The position numbers and the translations under genes are program-made. 64,000 bases of DNA from Nanobdellota archaeon (GTDB taxonomy: Archaea; Nanobdellota; Nanobdellia; JAAOXT01): NCBI GenBank assembly GCA_018221045.1, contig JAAOXT010000017.1:6356-70355 (forward strand), written 5' to 3'. This document shows positions 47,034 through 56,244 of this stretch, in pieces; position 1 is the stretch's first letter; each line of letters begins with the position of its first letter. The notes under the pieces were generated by a model. The model was not told the origin of the DNA. It did no database searches and saw only the letters and a program-made list of their open reading frames with translations.

Positions 47034-48371
47034 TTAGTTTATCTCAATTTTCTGTCCGTTTTGCAGTAAGTGCACGCTCTTCCCGAGCTGGTAACCCATA
47101 TCCTTAGCAAGGTTAGTTGCGCTGGCCAGTTTTCTTATGTCACCGTGGAACGGGATGTAGTGTTCTGGGTGAACGACTTTGAGTAAGTCTCTGTGGTCCT
47201 CTCTGGCAGCATGCCCGCTAACGTGAATGTCTTTGAACATTCTAACCTTGGAAGGTTTTAGTCGTCTCTCGAGTTCCGCGCGGTTGGCCTGGTTTACCGG
47301 GGCTGGAATGATTTCTGACGAGAAAATCAGTGTATCCCATTCGTCAAACGTGAAGGGAAGTTCTTTTCTGGAAATCCTGTCCAGCACTGAATGAGGTTCT
47401 CCTTGGTGGCCTGTTATCACGACCAAATACTTGCTTTGGTGTTTCATAACTTGTTTTAAAGCTCTTTCAATTCCTTTTCTTCTGCCATAAATTTCTGCGC
47501 CTTTAGTCAAATCAACTATGCCTGCGCGGTTAGCCGCGTTAATGTACATGTCCATTGACCTGCCGAGAAAAATCACTTTTCTGCCCATTTTTTCGCCTAA
47601 GTCTTTGATTGTTTTTAAACGCGCGATGTGCGAGGCAAAAGTTGTTACGAAGATGGCGTTTTCTTGGTTTTGAACGCCCCATAGCACGTCTTTGAGCATT
47701 TCTCTTACCATTGATTCTGAAGGGGTTTTGCTTTCCCTTTCTATCCTGACTGTATCAGCTATCAGGACTTTAACTCCTTCTTCACCAAGCTTCTTGAGTT
47801 TCTGCATGTTTGTCCTCTTCCCAAGAATCGGTTGGTTGTCCAGCTTCCAATCACCTGTGTACAGGACTGTTCCTGCAGGCGTTTTAAGCGCGATCATCAC
47901 GGAATCTGGGGTTGAGTGCGTTACGTGTATGAACTCAACATTAAAGTTTTTGCCAACCTTTTTTTTCGAGCCGGCTTTCATCACGAATATCTTGTTAGGA
48001 ATCGGGTTCGGCTCTTGTTTCAAGCTTTCTTTAAGCACTTCCATCGCGAACGGCGTCCCAATTATTTCTGCGTTTGGAAAAACGCCTGCCAGTTTTGGGA
48101 TTGCTGAAATGTGGTCGAGGTGCGCGTGGCTTATGAGTATCGCTTTTACTTTATCAATCCAACTTCCCATGTACTGATAGTCCGGGTAAGCCCCAACTTC
48201 TATCATGTCTTGCAAGGAATGTCTTCTTGGGTCGTACTGGCCGAAATGCATTAGCACTTTCTCCAGGTTCCAACCCATGTCGAGAAGAACTACTTCTTCT
48301 CCTATTTTTACTGCTGTCATGTTGCGACCAACTTCGTCGTAACCTCCGACAGCCATTATTTCAATTTTCAT
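47034..48371 (-). CDS. rnj: RNase J family beta-CASP ribonuclease
   Basis: GGYDEVGRNM, SHAHLDH, HVSGHA, PFHG. Confidence 0.95.
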   Translation of the reverse strand: MKIEIMAVGGYDEVGRNMTAVKIGEEVVLLDMGWNLEKVLMHFGQYDPRRHSLQDMIEVGAYPDYQYMGSWIDKVKAILISHAHLDHISAIPKLAGVFPNAEIIGTPFAMEVLKESLKQEPNPIPNKIFVMKAGSKKKVGKNFNVEFIHVTHSTPDSVMIALKTPAGTVLYTGDWKLDNQPILGKRTNMQKLKKLGEEGVKVLIADTVRIERESKTPSESMVREMLKDVLWGVQNQENAIFVTTFASHIARLKTIKDLGEKMGRKVIFLGRSMDMYINAANRAGIVDLTKGAEIYGRRKGIERALKQVMKHQSKYLVVITGHQGEPHSVLDRISRKELPFTFDEWDTLIFSSEIIPAPVNQANRAELERRLKPSKVRMFKDIHVSGHAAREDHRDLLKVVHPEHYIPFHGDIRKLASATNLAKDMGYQLGKSVHLLQNGQKIEIN

Positions 48372-48394
48372 TTTACTTTATTTTTTTTTTTATT

Positions 48395-48997
48395 TTATTG
48401 TTTTTTTTTAGTTATTTCTAAACTTAAATTCTTAGCGAATTTTTGATTATGAAATGATTTAAGAACTGCGAAACCTTCGTTCTTCAACTGAGTCTTAAGT
48501 TCCTTAAGCGAAAATAAGTGATAATACCTCTTATAAACCTTTCCTTCGTGCTTCCAGCCCACGTAAAACACTTTTTTCCCAGGATATTCTGAAAAACGGG
48601 GTTGCTCAGGGTTCCAAGCCATCACCAGGCTTCTAGACTTTTTTTTCAGCACTCGCTTAACCTCTTTCCAAGGTGGTTTCTTGAAATGGTTCATCACTGA
48701 AATCATTAAAGCTCCTTTGAAAGAATCGTTTTTGAACGGCAGTGCCTGAAGGTCCGCGACTATCACCAAGTCATGTTTTTGTTTGGCCAATAAGGCCATT
48801 TGCTTTGAGAAGTCAATTGCAACGAACTTGTATTTTTTGAGTGCTGGAAAGTTTCTTCCGCTACCGCAACCCAAATCAATGAACCATTGTTTGGTCCTGA
48901 ACGTTTTAACGAATTCCTTGACTTCTGGCAAGGGGTTGGTTCTAAAAACGTTCCAAGCACTCGCTATAGCGTCGTAAACAGGTCTAAGGTCTTGCAT
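48395..48997 (-). CDS. class I SAM-dependent methyltransferase (Trm9-like)
   Basis: VYDAIA, DLGCGSGRN, RYYHLF; start trimmed to ATG 48997. Confidence 0.8.
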   Translation of the reverse strand: MQDLRPVYDAIASAWNVFRTNPLPEVKEFVKTFRTKQWFIDLGCGSGRNFPALKKYKFVAIDFSKQMALLAKQKHDLVIVADLQALPFKNDSFKGALMISVMNHFKKPPWKEVKRVLKKKSRSLVMAWNPEQPRFSEYPGKKVFYVGWKHEGKVYKRYYHLFSLKELKTQLKNEGFAVLKSFHNQKFAKNLSLEITKKKQ

Positions 48998-49081
48998 GTG
49001 AACACTTTTTTGACATTGATTTGTTATAAAATCTTTCATTATAACAAACATTTTTTAATCATGTGTCTCTTGGTTAAGCTC

Positions 49082-51550
49082 ATGAGGTTTTACGCTGATT
49101 TTCACTTGCACTCCAAGTACAGTCGGGCCTGCTCTCATGTCATGGACATTCCTCATCTCGTAAAGTACGGGAAGATGAAGGGATTGAACCTTTACGGAAC
49201 TGGTGACTTCACGCACCCGCAATGGTTTGAGCATTTGAAGGAAACACTGCAAGGCGGGGAAAACGGCATTTACGAAAGGGATGGCGTTAAGTTCGTGGTT
49301 AGCGGAGAAATCTCGCTCATTTACTCCCAAGGAGGTAAGGTTAGAAAAAATCATTTGCTAGTCATTCTTCCCTCGCTTGGCGCGGCAAGCCAAGTTAGGG
49401 ACATGCTCGGAAAAATAGGGAATTTGAAAGCTGATGGCCGACCGATTCTCGGCATGAACTCAATAGACTTCACTGAGAAAATCATTGAACTCGTGCCTGA
49501 CGCCATGATAGTGCCGGCACACTGTCTACCTGACTCGGAAAACATACTTACTGATATAGGTGTTCAATCAATAAAAAAAATAAGTAAAGGAAATAAAGTA
49601 CTATCTCACTCAGGGAGATTTCGTAAAGTTATTGACGTGTTTAAGAGAAAATATACAGGAAAATTAAAACACATAATCCCGTTCTATTTCACAATAGGCG
49701 TAAAGACTACTCCTGAACACCCTTTCTTAGCTATCAAGACTTATAAAAAATGTTCGTGGACGAAAGGCACCTGTAGAGAAAAGTGTTCTAAACTTAAAGA
49801 GTGCAAGAACAAATATTATTTAGAATACAAACCAGAATGGATCCCTTGCAAAGAATTAGAGGTTGGAGATGTCATTCTCTTTCCCAGAATTACGAAGATA
49901 AAGGATAAAAAAATAATTAAAATAAGTGATACCTCTCCAGGCATTGTAAAAAATGATAAAATAAGATTAGATAATTCAAATGCAAAATCAATAAATAATG
50001 TCATACGCGTTGATACTGATTTCTGTAGGTTTATCGGGTATTTCTTAGCAGAAGGCTCTATAATGAAAGACGGCATTTCATTAACGTTTAGTGCTAAAGA
50101 AAAAGAATACATCAAAGACGTTGAATTATTAATAAAGAAAATTTTCGGGATTGAAATAAATAAAAAACGAATTAAAGGAAATAGTTGTGAAATAATTATT
50201 TTCTCTAAAGTTTTAAAAAAATTTTTACACAAATTACTTTACAAAAATGGGCAAAAATCACCTAATAAAAGTTTACCTCATGAATTAATCCTTTTACCCT
50301 ATAATAAAATAAAACAAATTTTTCTCGGCTGGTGGCGGGGCGATAAAGGATATACCTCCTCAAGGGAACTAGCTAATGCTATGAAACTTATCTGCCTAAA
50401 ATTAGGTATAATACCTTCCATTAGAATTGACACAGCAGAAGCTCACACGAAAAGAGGCAATCACTTGTTTGAAGGAAGAATTATTGAAGCAAAACAGGAT
50501 TCACTGTATTTTAGTAACCTTTCTTTTCACGAAGAGTCACTAGATTTATTAGAAGAACCAATATTCCAAAAATTCAAAACAAAAAGAAACACGCGACACG
50601 GTTGGGTTGACACTAATCATGTTTACTTGCCAATACTTAAGATACAAGACGAAGATTTCAATGGATTTGTCTACAACCTAGAAGTGGAAAAAGATAACTC
50701 TTATTGTAGCGAATTTGCTTGTGTTCATAACTGCTGGACGCCATGGTTTAGCATGTTCGGGAGCATGAGCGGGTTTGACTCCATGAAAGATTGTTTTCAG
50801 GACCAGTTGAAGCACGTTTTCGCCGTGGAGACCGGGTTAAGCTCGGACCCTGCGATGAACTGGCGAGTCAAACAACTCGACAACATGACGTTACTCTCAA
50901 ATTCGGATGCTCATAGTCCTTGGCCTCACCGGGTTGGCAGGGAAGCCAACGTTTTCGATTTCAAAGACTTGACTTATCAATCGTTATACAACGCTATTAA
51001 GCGCAAAGACCGTGAAAAGTTTTTGTTCACTATCGAGACAGACCCTGCTTACGGCAAGTATCATTGGGACGGGCACAGAGGTTGCGGCGTGTCAATGCCC
51101 CCCGCCGAGTCTAAGAAGTTGAATAAGATTTGCCCGAAGTGTCATTCCAGATTAACTATCGGGGTGGAGCATAGGGTTGAAGAGTTGGCGGACCGTCCGG
51201 AGGGCTTCAAGCTTGAAGGAGCAATTCCTTTCAGAAATTTACTGCCTTTGGCGGAAATCATTTCCAAAGCGATAGGTAAAGGCGTGGGCACGAAAACTGT
51301 TTGGAGTGCTTACGAGAAAGCTGTTCGCGAACTAGGAGTGGAGTACGGGATACTGTTAGATGTTCCGGAGAATGAGTTGTCTAAGGTTTTGGGTGATGAT
51401 GTGGCAAAAGCGGTTTTGATGGTTCGCGAGAACAAAGTTCAAATCAAGCCGGGTTTTGATGGGGTTTATGGGGAAGCTGATTTCGGACAAAAACACGAGA
51501 AAACTGTTCCTTCAAAACCCGTGCAGAAAGGGTTAAACACCTGGCTCTAA
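49082..51550 (+). CDS. endonuclease Q (PHP domain plus Zn ribbon), intein-containing
   Basis: ADFHLHSKYSRA, GTGDFTHP, GRP, PAH|..|CWTPW, ETGLSSD, SNSDAHS, GKYH.DGHR.C, CPKC, PGFDGVYG. Confidence 0.9.
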   Translation: MRFYADFHLHSKYSRACSHVMDIPHLVKYGKMKGLNLYGTGDFTHPQWFEHLKETLQGGENGIYERDGVKFVVSGEISLIYSQGGKVRKNHLLVILPSLGAASQVRDMLGKIGNLKADGRPILGMNSIDFTEKIIELVPDAMIVPAHCLPDSENILTDIGVQSIKKISKGNKVLSHSGRFRKVIDVFKRKYTGKLKHIIPFYFTIGVKTTPEHPFLAIKTYKKCSWTKGTCREKCSKLKECKNKYYLEYKPEWIPCKELEVGDVILFPRITKIKDKKIIKISDTSPGIVKNDKIRLDNSNAKSINNVIRVDTDFCRFIGYFLAEGSIMKDGISLTFSAKEKEYIKDVELLIKKIFGIEINKKRIKGNSCEIIIFSKVLKKFLHKLLYKNGQKSPNKSLPHELILLPYNKIKQIFLGWWRGDKGYTSSRELANAMKLICLKLGIIPSIRIDTAEAHTKRGNHLFEGRIIEAKQDSLYFSNLSFHEESLDLLEEPIFQKFKTKRNTRHGWVDTNHVYLPILKIQDEDFNGFVYNLEVEKDNSYCSEFACVHNCWTPWFSMFGSMSGFDSMKDCFQDQLKHVFAVETGLSSDPAMNWRVKQLDNMTLLSNSDAHSPWPHRVGREANVFDFKDLTYQSLYNAIKRKDREKFLFTIETDPAYGKYHWDGHRGCGVSMPPAESKKLNKICPKCHSRLTIGVEHRVEELADRPEGFKLEGAIPFRNLLPLAEIISKAIGKGVGTKTVWSAYEKAVRELGVEYGILLDVPENELSKVLGDDVAKAVLMVRENKVQIKPGFDGVYGEADFGQKHEKTVPSKPVQKGLNTWL
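49523..50731 (+). mobile_element. intein with LAGLIDADG homing endonuclease (403 aa)
   Basis: Block A CLPDSE, block B TTPEHPF, FIGYFLAEG, block F VYNLEVE, ends VHN/C; markedly more AT-rich than the exteins. Confidence 0.95.
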
Positions 51551-52806
51551 AAAAATTTTTTCAATGTTTGGTCGAGTTCTTGCAGTGCTTCCTCTCCCTT
51601 AACGTTCAAATCGTGTTTCAGGCATTGGGTTAACGGGATTCCGAGTTCTTCGCACGCTTTTTTGAGGGCTTGCCAGCTCTCGCTCTTAGGCTTGAAATAA
51701 CCGAAAACTTTTTCGTACTTGTGAGCTGAAAGATAGTTTTTCACTCTTTGTTTGATTACTTTGATGTACGATTTCTTGACCGCTGGCGTTTCTTCTTTTT
51801 CAGGCCAGTCGTAAGAATTGAAAGGGTAATGGTCAGCGAACTCCTCAGGTACCACGCCAGGATTTGAAATAGCGATTAAGTGTAAGTCCCTATACTTGCG
51901 AGTAACTCGCTTGATTGCCCTCCAGGTTCGGGAATGCGTGTAAGGCTTTTTGTAAGCGCACGGAACGAACAACGCGTAAGTTTTTGGTGGCTCGTACAAG
52001 CGCACGAGATAGTCTTGCCATACTTTAAAGTGCGGGTGCAACAACTGTTTTTTTGTAGCTCCAACAATTTTTTGCTTGGCTGGCTCGGGGAATCGGGGTT
52101 TAAAATCAAAATTCGAGAAATCCGTTTGAATTTTTTTGTTTTTAGTGAATGGTTTGACCAACTCTTCGAATTCTCTCTTGTTGAGGGGTTTCCACTCCCC
52201 TTTAAGCCATAATTCGTTAATTGGGGCGTTGGCGTGCGGAAAAGTGTTTATGAGCACGATTTCGTCGGCGTGTTTGTCAGCAAATTCCACGCTTTTTTTC
52301 AGGCTTTTTTCAACGTTTTTGGCGAATGGAGGGTTGACCAAGATGTAAACCTTAACTCCTGCACCCCACTTCCTGAGAACGCGCGCTGCGCGCAAAAAGT
52401 CCTTGTTCGTGAAACCTTTAGCTAATCTCTTTCTAAGCGCGTCATCACTGGTTTCCAAACCCGTGGCTACAGTGAGTTTCAGGCCTTTGAACAAATCCAG
52501 TTTTTCCTTGGTTATGAATTCTGGTCGGGACTCAACAGTAATTTTCTTCACTCCTTTCTCCTTAACCAGTTTCACCAAGTACTTGAGAATCTTATCAGAG
52601 AACTGTTTCTCATCTAGGACTGAGCCTGAAGCAAATATTTTGACGTGCTTGCACGGCGTGTTCAGCGCTTTGTCTAAAGCGTTCTTGACGCCGTGAATGT
52701 CTACTTTTGATTCTAGTCTTCCCCAACCGCAGAAAACGCATTTTCCCCAGGAGCATTTGCCTGATGAGAGAATTAACGTTTTTTCACTCGTGTTTTTTGA
52801 CTTCAT
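51547..52806 (-). CDS. RaSEA-like radical SAM domain fused to an ArcS-like (DUF5591) domain
   Basis: CSWGKCVFC, VKIFASGS, VESRPEFI, GLET; C-terminal PCAYKKPYTHS..GVVPEE...YPF..YDW. Confidence 0.8.
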   Translation of the reverse strand: MKSKNTSEKTLILSSGKCSWGKCVFCGWGRLESKVDIHGVKNALDKALNTPCKHVKIFASGSVLDEKQFSDKILKYLVKLVKEKGVKKITVESRPEFITKEKLDLFKGLKLTVATGLETSDDALRKRLAKGFTNKDFLRAARVLRKWGAGVKVYILVNPPFAKNVEKSLKKSVEFADKHADEIVLINTFPHANAPINELWLKGEWKPLNKREFEELVKPFTKNKKIQTDFSNFDFKPRFPEPAKQKIVGATKKQLLHPHFKVWQDYLVRLYEPPKTYALFVPCAYKKPYTHSRTWRAIKRVTRKYRDLHLIAISNPGVVPEEFADHYPFNSYDWPEKEETPAVKKSYIKVIKQRVKNYLSAHKYEKVFGYFKPKSESWQALKKACEELGIPLTQCLKHDLNVKGEEALQELDQTLKKFF

Positions 52807-53044
52807 TCAACAGGTCTTCTTTTTGCGTGACACCTATAAATCTTTTGACTTCTTCACCGTCTTTGAAAACAATTATGGTGGGAATGCTTTTCACGCCCAT
52901 CTTTATCGCTTCTTGTGATTCGTCAACGTTCACTTTTCTGACTTTAGCTTCGCTTCCCAACTCTTTATCTAACTCGTCCATTATTGGTCCCTGAATTTTG
53001 CAAGGAGGGCACCAGTCAGCGTAGTAATCAACAATTTCTATCAT
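52784..53044 (-). CDS. trxA: thioredoxin
   Basis: YADWCPPCK, SIPT; GGAGGTGA SD before ATG 53044. Confidence 0.93.
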   Translation of the reverse strand: MIEIVDYYADWCPPCKIQGPIMDELDKELGSEAKVRKVNVDESQEAIKMGVKSIPTIIVFKDGEEVKRFIGVTQKEDLLNEVKKHE

Positions 53045-53346
53045 AATATCACCTCCAAACATTTTTTCAAAAGTTTTTGTGATTCTTTTTTAACAACTTT
53101 TTCGAGTTCTTTAGATTTTTTTGAGCAGTAAACGTAATACCTTCCTTTTTTCTGGTCGCAGCACTCGCTCCTCCTATCAACTAAACCTTTTCTGACAAGA
53201 TTGTTCAAACTTTTTTGTATAACGCTTCTATCCTTGCCTTTTTTTTTGGCTATCTTATTCGCTGTCGTGCACATCCCTTTTTTTATGGCGAACAATACTT
53301 CGACGTCGGTCTTATTCAGTTCCATTAATCTTCTGATTTCGTTCAT
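53041..53346 (-). CDS. HTH transcriptional regulator (TrmB-like)
   Basis: LNKTDVEVL...TANKIAK...DRSVIQKSLNNL..KGLV.R..GRYYVY. Confidence 0.85.
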   Translation of the reverse strand: MNEIRRLMELNKTDVEVLFAIKKGMCTTANKIAKKKGKDRSVIQKSLNNLVRKGLVDRRSECCDQKKGRYYVYCSKKSKELEKVVKKESQKLLKKCLEVIL

Positions 53347-54419
53347 TTCTTCAACCTTTGCTTCGCGATTTCGAGAGCCGCGTCTCTTGAGTACTCTCCT
53401 TCCTTTACTCTAGTGAAGACTTCTCTTGTATTGTTCACGATTTTTTCCTTGACTGTTTTGAACATTTGTTCTTCGTCGCCTCCAATGTATTCAATGTATG
53501 AGGATATGACTCCTCCTGCGTTAGCGAGAAAGTCGGGTACAACGTGAATTCCTTTATCCTGTAATTTTTTCTCAATTTCTGGATGTATCGGTATGTTCGC
53601 TGCTTCCACTACAAGCTTGGCCTTAACGGTTTCCCAGTTTCTTTCATGGATGACGTTAGGTCGCGCTCCTGGAATCAAGATATCGACGTCAAGTTCGAAC
53701 AATTCCTTGTTACACCTTATTTCTGCGGGGTAATCTGTAACGGTTCCCTTCTCTTTTTTGACGTGGATTAACTCTTTCACGTCCAAACCTTCTGGATCGT
53801 AAACCATTCCTTTGGAATCAGATACAGCAACTATCTTCGCCCCTTTTTTTGATAAGAATTGGGCTGTGAAGGTTCCAACGTTTCCAAAACCTTCAATCGC
53901 AACGCTCGCCCCTTCCAACTGGATTCCCAAGACCTTGCAAGCTTCTTCAGTGGCTTCAGCCACTCCAAAACCGGTTGAGCCTAGCTCGTGGGGCAGTCCC
54001 CCCATGCTTGATGGTTTGCCAGTGCAAGCTTTAGGGTCTTTCAACTCGTCCGCGTAAGCAGCCATCTCCCGCTCCGTGGTGTTCATGTCTGGGCCTGCAA
54101 CGTACTCTCCTGTTAAGTTCTTGAGTCGTCGAGCGAATGCGCGCAACAGCTTGTCCTTGTCAGCTGTCTTGCTCGCTTTTATCCCTGCCTTTGCCCCGCC
54201 GAACGGGATGTTTGCGAGAGCGTTCTTCCAAGTCATGGCTCTAGCCAGGCCGAAAACCTCTTTAACACTTATATCAGGAACTAACCGGATTCCTCCTTTG
54301 CCTGGCCCGCGTGAAGTATTATCAATCACTAATACTCCTTCCAAACCAGCTTTGTAGTCTGTGACATAAACAATTTTTTCCGGACCAATCTCATCCATAA
54401 AACCTTCAAACTCTTTCAT
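53343..54419 (-). CDS. Glu/Leu/Phe/Val dehydrogenase
   Basis: GPGKGGIR, MTWK, GGAKAG, GPDMNT, EGFGNVG, PDFLANAGGV. Confidence 0.93.
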   Translation of the reverse strand: MKEFEGFMDEIGPEKIVYVTDYKAGLEGVLVIDNTSRGPGKGGIRLVPDISVKEVFGLARAMTWKNALANIPFGGAKAGIKASKTADKDKLLRAFARRLKNLTGEYVAGPDMNTTEREMAAYADELKDPKACTGKPSSMGGLPHELGSTGFGVAEATEEACKVLGIQLEGASVAIEGFGNVGTFTAQFLSKKGAKIVAVSDSKGMVYDPEGLDVKELIHVKKEKGTVTDYPAEIRCNKELFELDVDILIPGARPNVIHERNWETVKAKLVVEAANIPIHPEIEKKLQDKGIHVVPDFLANAGGVISSYIEYIGGDEEQMFKTVKEKIVNNTREVFTRVKEGEYSRDAALEIAKQRLKK

Positions 54420-54500
54420 GATTGTGCATGAAACTTGCACAATTATTTAAAGGTTTTGGTTAAGAAAGTTATTTATTTCATCAACCCCATTTATTTATGG

Positions 54501-55046
54501 ATGTATCGCTTGCAAATTGAATCGGATGGAAGTGTTTCTGATGATTATCTGATTGCTAATGAAGTTCTTAAAAATCTTGAGAGTTTTCTGTCAGAGGACT
54601 CTCTTATTTTATTAAATCAGCAAGGTAACGACTGGGTTTGGGATGACAAAATCGAAAGTTTGCAGGATTATGATGCGAGTGACGCTTTTGACCTATTGAA
54701 TCGTTCTTTAGATTTGTATAAGAAAAGTAGTTCTATTTTTGGGAAAGATTTGTTTTTGGCGGTTTTTGTTCCCTCTTTTTCGTTTGGGGTTTTGGGAGCG
54801 TCTTATTTTATTCCTAAAGAAATTACTTCGGGTTTAATTGCTTTAAATGCTCTATTATTAGCTTATTATGTTAAGCGATGTTTTGGGATTCAAAGGGCGA
54901 AGAAGGAGTTTGAAAAAATGGCCGAAGGTTTACCTGATTTTTCAGAAAGTTCATTAAGGAAAGTTCTTATGCCTGTTGAGGAAAATGAACAGGATTTTAG
55001 GAACTTGAGGGATAAGGTTAGAGTTGTTAGTAGTTTAGAGCATTGA
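54501..55046 (+). CDS. hypothetical membrane protein
   Basis: Two TM segments; AT-rich. Confidence 0.55.
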   Translation: MYRLQIESDGSVSDDYLIANEVLKNLESFLSEDSLILLNQQGNDWVWDDKIESLQDYDASDAFDLLNRSLDLYKKSSSIFGKDLFLAVFVPSFSFGVLGASYFIPKEITSGLIALNALLLAYYVKRCFGIQRAKKEFEKMAEGLPDFSESSLRKVLMPVEENEQDFRNLRDKVRVVSSLEH

Positions 55047-55868
55047 TTCGATGCCTTGTTCAAGAGTTACTTTTGGCTTCCAGCCAAGCTTTTTTATTTT
55101 GGTCGTGTCCGCGACTCTTGGGTGGGGAACGATTTCCTGAGGGTTTTCTGTTATTTCCGCGTTGAAGTCGCCGAGCCGGTTTATGGTTTCGGCCAGTTCG
55201 AAGAAAGTTGTTCCCGTTCCTGAGCCAATGTTGTAGGTTCCTGTTGCCTGTTTTTCCATTAAGAACTTCATTGCTTTGACAACGTCTTGAACATGAATTA
55301 GGTCTATTTTTTCTCTTCCGTCGCCGAATATGTCAATCGTTCCTTTTCTGGCTTTTTTTATGAAATCTGGCACGATTCTTTCCTGATGTTCTTGGCCTGG
55401 GCCGTACCCGTTGAACACTCGAGGAATGCATGTTGGAACCTTGTACTTGGAGCAAAGAGTTTCTCCACGAATTTTTGAACGCGCATAGTGGTGCTCATCC
55501 TTCCTGAATGGGGAATCTTCTGTTAAAAGTGTTGGAGAAGTTTCGTACACAAGAGCTGATGAAGAAAATAAGATCCAGGAAACATTGTAAGCTGTGCTCG
55601 CCATTAGAACATTTTTTATTCCTGAAACGTTTTCTTTAACTGCGAGTTCTGCTTTTTCTATATTTTCTTTGGGAAAATCTGTTCTATGAGATTTCGCTGC
55701 AAGGTGGAAAACGTAGTCAACCTCTTTTGTCGTGTTTATAACGTCTTCAAGTCTCGTGACGTCCATTTCTTTGCTTGAAGGAGTCAGGAGTTCACAACCA
55801 GTTTCTAAGTGTTTGGTTAAGTGTCTGCCGATGAATCCGTTCGCCCCAGTTATCAACAATTTTTTCAC
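55035..55868 (-). CDS. NAD-dependent epimerase/dehydratase
   Basis: ITGANGFIG, HLAA, YARSK, NGYGPGQ. Confidence 0.92.
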   Translation of the reverse strand: MKKLLITGANGFIGRHLTKHLETGCELLTPSSKEMDVTRLEDVINTTKEVDYVFHLAAKSHRTDFPKENIEKAELAVKENVSGIKNVLMASTAYNVSWILFSSSALVYETSPTLLTEDSPFRKDEHHYARSKIRGETLCSKYKVPTCIPRVFNGYGPGQEHQERIVPDFIKKARKGTIDIFGDGREKIDLIHVQDVVKAMKFLMEKQATGTYNIGSGTGTTFFELAETINRLGDFNAEITENPQEIVPHPRVADTTKIKKLGWKPKVTLEQGIESML

Positions 55869-55915
55869 AAATTCTTAAAATTGGGTTTCTGTTTTAAAAG
55901 TTTCGAAAATCGGTA

Positions 55916-56242
55916 GTGTTAAAAACTGTTTCAGAAACGTTTCTGGCACTGCCTTTAAGGTTTTCACGGCTTTATTTACGGGACACTGTTGTAAGAGTTC
56001 CTAACAGGTTATGTAAAGAATCGTTAAGTGAGATTCTTGACGGGAAAAAGGTTTTGGTTATGGAGGACAGTATTAGTAATGGTCAGAGCATAAGGAACGT
56101 TATGGATTTTGTTAGTTTAAATGGGGCGGAGCGTGTTTTCGGAACCGCTTTGAGTTACACAACAAGAATTTTTTCAGGCCCTATTAATTGTCCAGAGATT
56201 TCTATTGACTCTTATACACCTCTGATTATAAGACTCATTTAG
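55916..56242 (+). CDS. short or truncated type I phosphoribosyltransferase
   Basis: PRPP loop KVLVMEDSISNGQS; N-terminal half apparently missing. Confidence 0.5.
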   Translation: MLKTVSETFLALPLRFSRLYLRDTVVRVPNRLCKESLSEILDGKKVLVMEDSISNGQSIRNVMDFVSLNGAERVFGTALSYTTRIFSGPINCPEISIDSYTPLIIRLI

Positions 56243-56244
56243 TT

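Noticed and set aside
48887-49081. 65-aa N-terminal extension of EndoQ
   Set aside because: It overlaps the divergent methyltransferase and its promoter region; the PHP motif begins at ATG 49082
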